Shown in pieces: positions 38,001-47,800 of a stretch of DNA of 64,000 nucleotides. The position numbers were made by a program, and so were the translations under genes. Each line of letters starts with the position of its first letter. The first letter of the stretch is position 1. Below the pieces are notes generated by a model. That model did not search any database. It had not been told where the DNA came from and saw only the letters and a program-made list of their open reading frames with translations. Source of the stretch: Vicugna vicugna (Eukaryota); the NCBI GenBank assembly GCA_013265495.1, contig MU058226.1, positions 830,741 through 894,740 on the forward strand, in the 5' to 3' direction.

Positions 38001-39183
38001 GCTGCTGTGGAGGCACCTTCCTACCCAGCATGCCCCGGTCCTATAAGGTAGGGGTGGGGTGTTCAGATGTGGTGAGGTGGCTGTTAAGAGGGGCTGGAAT
38101 GGGAACAGGTTGGAGGAAGAATGGAGGTACAGATGGACACAATGTAGCCAGAGGGTGGGGGAAGACCTATGGGACAGAAAGGGATAGAAAAGAGGAAAGA
38201 AGTCTGCTGATGCCAAATGGACTTATCTTTATTTTGTATTTAAATTTTTTTTCAAGGATACACAAAGGGAGGGGGAATAAGGCAGCAAACCTCCATACAC
38301 TTAGATTCGACAGGTTAATTTAGATTTGGCTACATTTGCTCTATGTATCCTTTTTTTTTCTTCTTTCATTTTTGTTGCTGAAGTATTTTAAAGGAAAGTG
38401 CAAACATCATATTATTTCCTTCTACACACTTAAAATATACATCTCCAGGAAATATGTACATTCTCTGACATAATCACAGTGCCATTATTGGTCAATAACA
38501 AAAGTAACAATTGTTTCTTGGTCACTTTGTCATAACACATTAATCAGATTTCTCTAGGTGTCTGAAAATGTCTTTTTACAGTTCAAGTCAGGATTCACAC
38601 AAGGTCCATATATCGTCACAATTGTTGTATCTCTTGATTGGCTTTTACTCTAGAGCATCCCCCCAACGCACCCAGCCTTTTTTGATGCCTTTGATTTCCT
38701 GCGGAAACTAGGTCAGTTGTCCTTTAGGATGTTCCATAGTCTGGATTTTTCTATTTGCTCTCTTGTTGTATCATTTATTATCTTCTTCTTCTTCTGTCTT
38801 CTGTATTTCCTGTCAATGGTAGTTAACTTTAAAAGCTTGAACAAGTTCAAGTTCAACTTTTCTGCTAAGAGTTCTTCATAGATCGTGTGCTTCATATGAC
38901 TTCATACCAGGAGGTCCTCTTTTAGTGCTGCTAAGACAGACGAGTGGGCCCAAACCTATTTCTAGGGTTCTTTTTCACTCCTGACTTTCTGTTTTCACTC
39001 TTTGTCTCTCTCCAGCCTCAGAGAGTGGTGATCACATGCTCCAAGGACTTTCCTCGATGTTCCATTCCATTTCGGGTTGGGCTGCCCATCCTCTCACCTG
39101 AGTTCCTGCTGACAGGAGTACTGAAGCAGGAAGCCAAGCCAGAGGCCTTTGTCCTCTCCACTTTGAAAATGTCATCCATCTGA
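29065..39183 (+). CDS. MDC1: Mediator of DNA damage checkpoint 1, 14 coding exons, about 1904 aa: join(29065..29203,29837..30217,30303..30369,30667..32132,32661..32726,32891..32983,33458..34240,34348..34391,35007..36974,37056..37175,37301..37483,37706..37831,37937..38047,39016..39183)
   Basis: MEDTQ start; FHA domain ([10 protein letters not shown]...SISKQHA...[11 protein letters not shown]); SDTD repeats; TQxF motifs; 41-aa PST repeats; tandem BRCT (VLFTGVVD...[26 protein letters not shown]...[12 protein letters not shown]). Exon phases are consistent and sum to 5715 nt. Confidence 0.95.
29437..29570 (+). mobile_element. L1MB-type 3' end
   Basis: GATGGTGGCGATGTTTTGCACAACAACGTGAATGTACTTAATGTCACTGAAC...AAATTTTATGTATATTTTACCA. 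Confidence 0.75.
29767..29814 (-). mobile_element. Extremely 5'-truncated L1 (about 48 bp) with a 15-bp TSD
   Basis: Poly-T then AATTGAAGTATGGTTGATTTACAGTGTTGTGTTAG (reverse L1 3' terminus), flanked by TTTCTACCTCTCTAA (29752-29766) and TTTCTACCTCTTTAA (29815-29829). Confidence 0.75.
32189..32550. mobile_element. ERVL-MaLR LTR (MLT1A-like)
   Basis: TGTCTTAGTCCATTCGAGCTGCTATAACAA...CTCACAGTTCT...TCCAAGATCAAG...TGTGTCCTCACATGGCAGA...CTCATGACCTAATCACCTCCC. Confidence 0.85.
33181..33268 (-). mobile_element. tRNA-Ala-derived SINE (Vic-1-like) with TSD
   Basis: SINE body on the minus strand; TSD CTGAAAGAGCTTTT (33167-33180) and CTGAGAGAGCTTTT (33269-33282). Confidence 0.85.
34842..34936 (+). mobile_element. 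tRNA-Ala-derived SINE (Vic-1-like)
   Basis: GGGGAGGGTAGAGCTGAGTGGTAGAGTGCGTGCTTAGCATGCACGAGGTCCTGGGTTC...CAGTACCTCCATAAAAATAAATAAATAAAA. Confidence 0.88.
35295..36540 (+). repeat. Coding 123-nt (41-aa) tandem array, the MDC1 PST repeats, about 10 units
   Basis: Asp-Gln anchor GACCA[G/A] at 35307, 35430, 35553, 35676, 35799, 35922, 36045, 36168, 36291 and 36414 (exact 123-nt spacing). A degenerate EQ anchor follows at 36534. Confidence 0.95.
38240..38940 (-). mobile_element. Old L1MC/L1ME-type 3' UTR fragment in the last MDC1 intron
   Basis: T-rich decayed sequence with L1MC-like motifs (ACATTCTCTGACATAATCACAGTGCCATTA, GTCAGTTGTCCTTTAGGATGTTCC). Confidence 0.5.
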
Positions 39184-39763
39184 AACCTCCGCCCCAAGTA
39201 CCCTTGTCCCTCCCAGACCACCAAATGAGGTGTTAAAAATATTTGGAAGAGAGAACTTAGGGCTTTAGAAAAAATTGGAGTGTACTGATCTGATTTGTCT
39301 CTGAACATGGGTGGGGCCGAAAAAGCTTATGGATAAAGAAAGATAGAGAGATTAGGAGCCACAGATTTTCTTAAATGAGGCCAGTGCCATGCTCAGATAT
39401 CTTAAGTGGCTGCTCCTGTTTAGCTGTACTGATGTACTTACTGCTCTATGACATGCACAGTATCCTGCCTCCTGTTTGGAAGCCATTTATTTCTCTTCTT
39501 TTCTTACTGGTATTCATACACATACCCTGCAGAAGATAGTGGGAACAATTTTAGTGTCAGGAACTTAAAGGGATGCTTGGAATGAGTAAATTTGAGGGTG
39601 GAGTTATCGAACACTACTAAAATATTTTCCTCTCTCCTTGCCCCATCTGGTTAGAAGTGCCCTTTAGCTTTGACACTGAGCAAATCTCTGCACTTTTTCT
39701 TTTCTTTTGGCCTGCTTTCCCCAGGATTTATAAAGTTAGAGCTTGGGCTTAACCTCTGTGATA

Positions 39764-39769
39764 AATAAA
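39764..39769 (+). terminator. MDC1 poly(A) signal
   Basis: AATAAA about 580 nt after the stop codon, followed by T/GT-rich sequence. Confidence 0.6.
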
Positions 39770-39829
39770 TTTCACTCTGTGCCTTATGGTATAGTGAAAT
39801 TTTATTTTGTAAATTTTAAAAGTTGGTTG

Positions 39830-40465
39830 ATTACAAGGATGTAGGGAAATTGGAACCCAGATACATTGCTGTTGGGAATGTAAAATGGCTCATCTGCTGT
39901 GGGAAGCAGTTCGACCGTTTCTCAAAAAGTTAAACATAGTATTACCATGTGACTCAGCAATTCTATATACTCATAGGTGTATACCCAAAAGTTAAAACAG
40001 ATGTTGAAATACTTGTAGACGAATGTTCATATCAATACTTTCATAAGAGTGGAAAGATGGAAACAACACAAACGTTTATCACTAGAAGAATGGATAAATT
40101 GTGGCATAGCTATATGATGGAATATTATTCAGACATAAAAGGGGATGAAGTACTATTTGTGCTGCAGTGTTTTGAGGATGAACCTCAAAAGTGTTATGCT
40201 AAGTGAAAAGCCAGATGAAAAAGGTCAAATTTTATGCTTCCACTTATAGGAACTACCCAGAATAGGTAAATCCATAAAGACAGAGTAGATTGGTGGTTGC
40301 CAGGGGCAGTGGGGGAGGGAAAATGGGGAGTGACTGCTTAAGGGATAGAGGGTTTTATTTTGGGGTGAAGAGAAAATGCTTTGGAACTGGATAGAGGTGG
40401 TACTTGCACACATTATGAATGGGTTCGTTTCATGTTATGTGAATTTCACTTCAATTTAAAAAAAT
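39830..40465 (+). mobile_element. L1MB-type 3' fragment
   Basis: AAGGATGTAGGGAAATTGGAACCC...GGGAATGTAAAATGG...GAATGGATAAA...GGTGGTTGCCAGGGGC...GAATTTCACTTCAATTTAAAAAAA. Confidence 0.85.
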
Positions 40466-40700
40466 ATTGATTAGTTTTGTGTACTTTACTGTAAGTAACT
40501 TATACTTAAGTTTGGAAAACGTTGGTGGAGTAGAAATAGCATGAGCTTTGCCAAACACTGCTGGCTTTTAAACACACCTAGTCTCATATATTAAGCACAG
40601 CCATTGTGAGTGTGGCACATGGTAGGACCCAAATATTAGTCCCCTTGCTCAACTCAAAGCCTCATACTGTCCATGTCCCATGTCCTTGAGGTCCACTGGA

Positions 40701-40752
40701 GACCATGTGCATGATAGGCATGCTCTCTACCACTGAGCTATATCCACCCCCT
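40701..40752 (-). mobile_element. 3'-truncated, tailless SINE/tRNA-Ala half with a 9-bp TSD
   Basis: Minus strand AGGGGGTGGATATAGCTCAGTGGTAGAGAGCATGCCTATCATGCACATGGTC, flanked by TCCACTGGA at 40692-40700 and 40753-40761. Confidence 0.75.
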
Positions 40753-42018
40753 TCCACTGGATTCTTTATAGCACCTGCTGTCTCTCCAGCCCCACTTTGC
40801 ATGCATGTGCATGCCTCCTTCATGAGGGATACCAGTTTAAATTTAAACTGGCTCCAATTTAAGTTTCTTGAGAATAGAGATCTTTTCTTACACTTCCAAC
40901 AAATCCTAAAGCTCGTAGCACATTGTGTAATAAATGTCTCTTTATCAGTCAGGATCCTAACAGGAAATGATGGCACAGTCATATTAGGATAATTTGGGGA
41001 GAGTTTAATAAAGTGAAAATGAGAAGTAGGCAGAGTGTACAGAAATCACAAAGAATCTTGCAGCACCCTAGTAGCCACAGCTCTGTTGTGACCACCTGTA
41101 AACCCCAAAGGTTGAGAGGAGGAAACAGTTATGTAGAAAGGGTTCCCTCAAATGCTGTGATTTTCATTGATGCAGCCCATTCGGGTAAACTTCCTGAGGC
41201 AGAAAGGATGGAGAGTGAATCAGGAGGGAAAACATGATGTTTGGTACAATGTACAACAATGTTAATTCAGAGGACAATGGGAGTACTGAGCCTCTGGGAG
41301 CGAGGAAAAGGAATGTAGAGCCTATGGGATGCTGTTTGGTAATTTTGTGGTCCCTGAGCCTGCAGGACCAGCAGCTCCTTATCTTGGGAAATTTTCTTGA
41401 TCTCTTTAGGACTATATTTCTTCTATTAGCTGAGGAAATCAGCCTAACTATGTCTAAGGTCCCTACTATGGTCATAGCTACTGTGACTAGGTCCTTAGCT
41501 ACATGATCTTTAATTCTGATGGAGAAAAACTTTACTTTTATTTTGATTTTTAGATGTTAGTCGTATTACAAACAGGGCTGTAGGACAAATTTTCAGACAA
41601 AAGATCTTAGTGGTTTCTGACTAATAAGTGGAGTCAAACTAATGAGGTTGAAGACTAAAGTCATAGGTAGTTAATTATCACAAGCTTGGATAAAATTAAC
41701 CTACTACAAAGTTTACAATTATAAAATTTTCTATCACAAATACTTTAATATATTGTTAGTCTCATGGTTACAAATCAACAGCTTTGGCATTATAGGAACA
41801 AATCTTTTGGTGTTACAGGTAAGTTCTCTGCCCTTAGCAAATGGAGAGGCAACAACTCAACTTTATAATAAATTACAGAATAAGCATTAATTTGTGGTAA
41901 AAGAGTCATTAACTCTTTTTAATCTAACAAGATGTAATAGGTGATTCAGAGGTTTGAGTTTTTCAGCTTAGGTCAACAGGGTTAGGGTTAGGGTCAGGTT
42001 CTCTCATCGTTTATTATT

Positions 42019-42298
42019 CTTTTTAAACTTTTTTTTATTGAGTTATAGTCATTTTACAATGTTGTGTCAAATTCCAGTGTAGAGCACAATTTTTCAGTAA
42101 TACACGAACATACATATATTCATTGTCAGATTTTTTTTTCGCTGTGAGCTATCACAAGATCTTGTATATATTTCCCTGTGCTATACAGTATAATCTTGTT
42201 TATCTATTCTGCATATGCCTGTCACTATCTACAGATTTTGAAATCCCAGTCTGTCCCTTCCCACCCCCGCCCCCTTGGCAACCACAAGTTTGTATTCT
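42019..42298 (-). mobile_element. Young 5'-truncated L1 3' end with a 15-bp TSD
   Basis: Poly-T, TTTTATTGAGTTATAGTCATTTTACAATGTTGTGTC...CCCTGTGCTATACAGTA...GGCAACCACAAGTTTG; TSD TCATCGTTTATTATT (42004-42018) and TCACCGTTTATTATT (42299-42313). Confidence 0.85.
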
Positions 42299-42529
42299 TC
42301 ACCGTTTATTATTAAAGTGTTAACTGAGGCTTTGTAACCTCTTACTAGATGCTTTTTCGTCAAGCCTGTTAAAGGAAAGGGGGTTCATAATGCTGTGTTG
42401 CTGCAAGAACCCTGCAAGAAACTGTCTTCATTTTAGATGTGAAAACTAGCCGAACTGCGATTCAACCCACGTGAGTGACTGCACAGCCGCTGCCCTTTTC
42501 ACCTCTCACTTGGGATTCTAACGTTCCTT

Positions 42530-42744
42530 TCTGTGACGCGGAGATCGCAGGCTCGGGACAAGCACCCGAGAATCTGCTCTACAGCCTGGTGAGAGTCCCG
42601 CGCTGCAGGCCGGAAGCCCGGACGTCGGCGCGCAGGAGCCCCGCCCTACGGGGCAGAGATCCAGGCGGGGGGCGCGGCCGGGGCGGGGCCTGCGGACGCG
42701 GGAATCCCAAACCCGCCCCTTTCCCCACCCCTGTGTTTCTCGCC
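42530..42744 (+). promoter_or_regulatory. NRM promoter CpG cluster
   Basis: CCGGAAG ETS site near 42610, GC boxes, CpG-dense just upstream of the Kozak GCCATGG. Confidence 0.6.
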
Positions 42745-45166
42745 ATGGCCCCTGCTCTGCTGCTCGTCCCTGCTGCCCTCGCCTCTTTCATCCTGGCCTT
42801 TGGCACCGGAGTAGAGTTCGTGCGCTTTACCTCCCTTCGGCCGCTTCTTGGAGGGATCCCGGAGTCTGGTGGTCCCGGTGAGCGGGAGGGACCGAGGATG
42901 AGTTCTGGAGTAGGGAGGTGGAGCCGGAGAGAGGGAGCGAGGGCGGGGCTTAGAGACAAATGACAGGGGAAGTCTAGGAGAGGGAACTAGAACCAGGAAA
43001 GCCACGGAGAAGCCTCAGGGAAGACCAGAGGGCTAAATTAGGAACTCAGGGATTAGCGGTTTGGAGAGGCGGTAGAGTGAGGAGTGGGGGAGGGAAAGGG
43101 CGATGAGCAGAGTATTCTAAGGAAAGTGCTTTGTAGAGAGGACTATGGAGAGGAGAATGTTAAAAAGAGGGAGCATTTGGAGAACCAAAACGAGGGGCAA
43201 TCCAATAGTGGCCCCTCTAGCCCTGCCTTACGTGACTACCCAACATGAATCCTCTCCCCCAGCTCTGAAGGTGGCCTGGGAAGAGGGAAGAAACTGAATA
43301 GGAAAATAAGGTGGAGGGGGGAGGGTATAGCTCAAGCAATAGTGTTCAGCATGCAGGAGGTCCTGGGTTCAATCTCCATTACCTCCTCCCGCCAAAAAAG
43401 AAATTTTTTTAAAGGAAAATACAAAAACAAAAAAAAGTGAGGTGAGCAAAGCCTAGAGAGGAAGCCTTAAGGCTCTTGAAAGCATTAAGGGCTAGAGCCT
43501 GGAGCACCAAGGGGAGATAAGGGTAGGGAGTGCTTCCCATTGTTTTGATCTTTTGTCCCTTTCTCCAACTCCCACTAGATGCCCGCCAGGGATGGCTGGC
43601 TGCCCTGCAGGACCAAAGCATCCTTGTTCCCCTGGCTTGGGATCTGGGGCTCCTACTACTATTTGTGGGGCAGCACAGCCTCATGGCAACTGAGACAGTG
43701 AAGGCATGGATGTCCCGATACTTTGGGGTCCTTCAGAGGTCACTGTATGTGGCATGCACTGCCTTGGCCTTGCAGGTATGAAGCCGTGGCAGCTCAGTCC
43801 CCAAGGGAAACAGCCTGTGGGAAGGATGCCGTTGATTGGAGAGGCAAAGACTTTAGGCTTCTGATTAAATTCGAGTTTAGGAGGAGAATTGAGGGTGTTC
43901 AGGAGTGTAATCTCAGCTTCCATTCCTCCACAGCACAGACCCTACTTTTTATCAAGAAGGATGTACTGCTTGTCACTCCCTGCGCATAATATGTGCATTC
44001 TCACCTTTGCAACTTTGTTCATGTTGTCCTGCTTAAGATCTGTCCCCTTGTTAAAGCCTCTTCAGCCCTATCCTTTCTTCACAGCCACTTCCCTAGGTCT
44101 TAAGTGAAGTCTTCTCAGCATTCATCTGTCTTCTCAGAGGGATGGTTGGCATAGGCTACTTTGTGTACCTTTCTGGTTTTTCTCATTCATTCTGTAAGTC
44201 CTCAGACTAGAGACAGGTCATCCTTACATCCTTGGGACCCCACCCAGCACCCTCCACATGGTGAATATGCTCATGGTAGAGGTGGGGAGAGCAGCAGGCC
44301 AGCCTGGGGTGGGGGCAGCCTCTGGGTCTAGGTCTCTCAAGAGGATGGGCTGCTGGGATACTCAGCCCCTCATCCTTCTTCAGCTGGTGATGCGGTACTG
44401 GGAGCCCGTGCCCAGGGGCCCTGTGTTGTGGGAAGCTCGGGCTGAGCCATGGGCCACCTGGGTGCCCCTCCTCTGCTTTGTGCTCCACGTCATTTCCTGG
44501 CTCCTCATCTTCAGCATCCTTCTCGTCTTTGACTACGCAGAGCTCATGGGCCTCAAACAGGTGATGCTCCCAGATACCTACCTGAGACTTCTGATCCTAT
44601 CTAGAACACCTTTTTCCTTTCCAAGGATGTCCCTCCTCCTCCCATACTCTTCCACCTGCCTCTTGCTTTCGTCTCCCCTCAGCCCTCCCTCAAAGGCCAG
44701 AAACCATGGCTACCTGGGCCTAGGGAGGGTTCATGGACCTGAGATAAGGGTCAGGGGCCCAAGTCTCAGAAGGGTGGTTCCTGGGCCTGAGTTAAAGAAG
44801 GAGGGTGGCTGGAAGGGGAGGAAAGAGGCAGCTAAGTTGCGACAAGGGCTTGACTCCGCTTCTAAGCCGTTCTCCCTCTCCTAGGTGTACTACCATGTGC
44901 TGGGACTGGGCGAGCCTCTAGCCCTGAAGTCTCCCCGAGCCCTGAGACTCTTCTCCCACCTGCGCCACCCAGTGTGTGTAGAGCTGCTGACAGTGCTATG
45001 GGTGGTGCCCACCCTGGGCACTGACCGGCTCCTCCTTGCTCTCCTCCTTACCCTCTACCTGGGCCTGGCTCACGGACTTGACCAGCAAGACCTCCGCTAT
45101 CTCCGGGCCCAGCTGCAAAGAAAACTCCACCTGCTCTCCCGGCCCCAGGAGGGGGAGGCCGAGTGA
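42745..45166 (+). CDS. NRM: Nurim (inner nuclear membrane protein), 4 exons, 262 aa: join(42745..42877,43579..43775,44384..44560,44885..45166)
   Basis: [37 protein letters not shown]...[13 protein letters not shown]...[22 protein letters not shown]...[10 protein letters not shown]...SRPQEGEAE*. Multiple hydrophobic segments; exons sum to 789 nt. Confidence 0.96.
43316..43436 (+). mobile_element. tRNA-Ala-derived SINE (Vic-1-like), internally deleted
   Basis: GGGGGGAGGGTATAGCTCAAG...GCATGCAGGAGGTCCTGGGTTCAATCTCCATTACCTCC followed by an A-rich tail. Confidence 0.8.
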
Positions 45167-45747
45167 GGAGCTGATGTACTGAAGTTCCAAGTCCAGTACT
45201 TCCTCTCCCCCTCCAATTCCAAATCCCTTAGCATCCAGGCCCTGGCTACTTCAGACCAGAGGCCCAAATCCATGGACTGAAGGAAACATCCCTTCCCCTG
45301 CTTGAGCCTCTACTCCTTGGGCCCGGCTCCATTTCCTAAATTCTGAGTTTCGGCCATTGTACTCCAAGGTCCACTTCTCATCAGCCAGGAAGGAGTGGAG
45401 ACTTTATGTGTTAGGGCTTGACCTTCCATTAACCACCTCCTCGTAAGGAGAAGGGTGGGGCCTGACCACTCCCCTGGCACTGTAACTGGCCTGTGCCTCA
45501 GGGATCCTCTTCTCCAACGTCTTGCTCGCCCTCCTAGGAGCGGGACCAAGGCCTGCAAGTTTGACTACCCCTCCAGGCTCCACACCTTGCGGGCTCAGGG
45601 GGAGCGAGGCTCCCCCTCTCTGGCCTTTTCAGCTCCGTATGCCCCACCCCTGGGCTCCATCCTTGAACCTAGCTGATCGGATTCTCCCGCTCTTAATTCG
45701 GTTGACTAAGGGCTCCCTGCTCTCCCGAGAAACACGCGCTACAGGAA

Positions 45748-45753
45748 AATAAA
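45748..45753 (+). terminator. NRM poly(A) signal
   Basis: AATAAA followed by a T-rich tract, about 580 nt after the stop codon. Confidence 0.65.
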
Positions 45754-45789
45754 ATTCAGCCTGTTTTTTCTACTTCTGGCATGCAGTCT

Positions 45790-47093
45790 GTCGGTGTCTT
45801 TCAAGCTGCGGGGCTGATCGGAAGGACAGGCGAGCCAAACTCGAGTCTGGGCATCCGCCGCGCCCTCTGGCGACCGCTGGGCGGCGGCCACTCCCCGCGG
45901 ACCCACTCCCACCTTCCCGTAGCGTCCAGCCCCTCTTCCTCCAAATCCCCCAATTTCCCGGCTGCAGACCTGGGAACCCACGGGAGACATATTGAAGCTG
46001 AAGAGTGGGGCAGCGGCTCGGGTAAGGGAGCGAGCTTCCGAAGCCATTGGCTTACGAGCGCCGCTCCTGCCGCCGCCCCCTCCCCAAGGGCCCCCTACAG
46101 CCCGGCGGCTGCCCAGGCCCCCTAGAGTAACAAAGACTGGCCGGGGAGGCAAAAGCGTGGGGGAGGAGCGGCAGGAGATGGGAAGGGCGGGTCTGGCTTG
46201 GAGCAGCTGCTGCTTCCTCCCCAAGTCCCTCGAGGGGCCTGAGTCACGGGCCGCCGCCCTGGGTCAGCGAGCTGGGGGCGGGGGTCTGGACACCTGGGTT
46301 ATCCAGGGCTACTGGGCGGGAGCTGGGTGAGAGGCCCTGGGGACAGATAGCTGAGAGCTGCCGGTAGCGGCGGGAAAAGAGGAGTGCCGGCGCTGAGTCC
46401 CACGCGGGCTAGGAGGGAGCGAGGCTCCGCCCCCTCGTCCGGCTCCGCCTCGCGCCCCCATCCCTCTCCCCATTGTCCTCAGACAAAGCGGTCGCCGCCC
46501 CCTGCCCGGCCCCCAGGTCTCTGCCTCTGTCCCTCCTCCTCAGCTCCCTCTTTCCCTCCTCCTCTCCCTCCCTCCTCCCCTCCCTCCTGTCTCCGGATCT
46601 CCCTCGATCCCTCTCTCCTCCTCTTCCTCTCTCCTCCTCTCTCCGGACGCCAGACTCCTCCGCACCCCCTCCCCTGGGAGCCCCGCGGCATGTGAGTTGA
46701 CTGAGGGGCTTCAGACCTGGAAAGGGGGTGTCTCCTCTCCCATACCCTCTCCCGTTCCCAGCCCGGACCTTGGGCTGTCTCCTCTTTGTGCCGAGATTGC
46801 TTGTCTGTGTGGTCAGAGCAGGGTGGGAATGGCCGGCTATGTCAGGGTTCCAGGAGAGCCGAGATCTGGGCCCAGGACTGGCCAGCTCCGGAGAAAACAG
46901 GCGTGGAGCGGGTTCTCCGCACGCCTGGGGCGCACGCCTGGATACCGGGGCACAGCTGGGGGAGGCAGGCGGTGGTGACGGGACCGGGTGGGGGTGGACG
47001 CCAGAGTTCTGGGAACGTGCTGGCAGCTCAGACACCCGGGTTCCGAAAGTCCCCAGAGGAGGGTATTTCCCCTGACCCGCCTCGCCTCGAAAA

Positions 47094-47127
<34 letters not shown>

Positions 47128-47250
47128 GGAGAGGCGTGGCCCGAGCGAGGCTGGAAGGGGAGCCCGGACCTCCTGGGCCCGCGCTGAGACGCGCGGGGCT
47201 GCAGCCGCGGAGCTCCCTCCCCCCTCTGCCCCCTGATTACCCCTTCTCCC
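45790..47250 (+). promoter_or_regulatory. PPP1R18 CpG island / promoter, probable non-coding exon ending at 46691 (CAT|GTGAGT)
   Basis: Long CpG-dense tract, TGAGTCA near 46240, pyrimidine-rich 5' UTR-like segment, consensus donor at 46692. Confidence 0.6.
47094..47125 (+). repeat. Poly-G homopolymer (G32)
   Basis: 32 consecutive G. Confidence 0.95.
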
Positions 47251-47800
47251 CTAGATCTCTCCACTCTCCGCCCTCCCACCTCCCCGACACCCTCTCAGGT
47301 CCCACTGCCCCCTCTCCGGCGGGATTCCCTGACCTCTCTTCCCACTCTTACCTCTCCTGGAACAGCGGTGAGGCAACGTCGCCTGGACCCTGTCCGCCTC
47401 ACTCCCAGCTTCCCTTTACTCTCTTCTCCCTCACGCCAACTTCTTTCGTTTTGCTCTCTTCTCACATCCTCGGGACTGTCTCTGATACCCATTAACCTGT
47501 ACTGACAAATCTGACTCTGCCTCTTTGCCCTGAATTTCTCCATTCTTCCTCTCAAATCACCCCCCCCATCAACTTGGCTTTTACTTTGTTCTTCACTGTC
47601 TCAGCTTCCCCCTTTCTCTGCCCTCCCTCTTCTCCCCCTTTCCCTCTGTTCTCACTCTCAGCTCCTCTGCCCTCCTCTGTGTCCCATCTCTCCGGTCCAC
47701 TTCCTTTCCTCCCACCCCCATTCTCACCACCTGGGCCTCTCTGGAGCCTCTCCTTCCTGTTCTCTGCCCCCAGCGCTCCCCCATCCTCCCCAAGGCGACC

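Noticed and set aside
41978..41998. Telomere-like GGGTTAGGGTTAGGGTCAGG
   Set aside because: Only two perfect TTAGGG units, too short to call an interstitial telomeric sequence.
45739..47555. Cluster of 100-200-aa ORFs upstream of PPP1R18
   Set aside because: GC-rich promoter and low-complexity sequence, including the G32 run, with no coherent exon structure.
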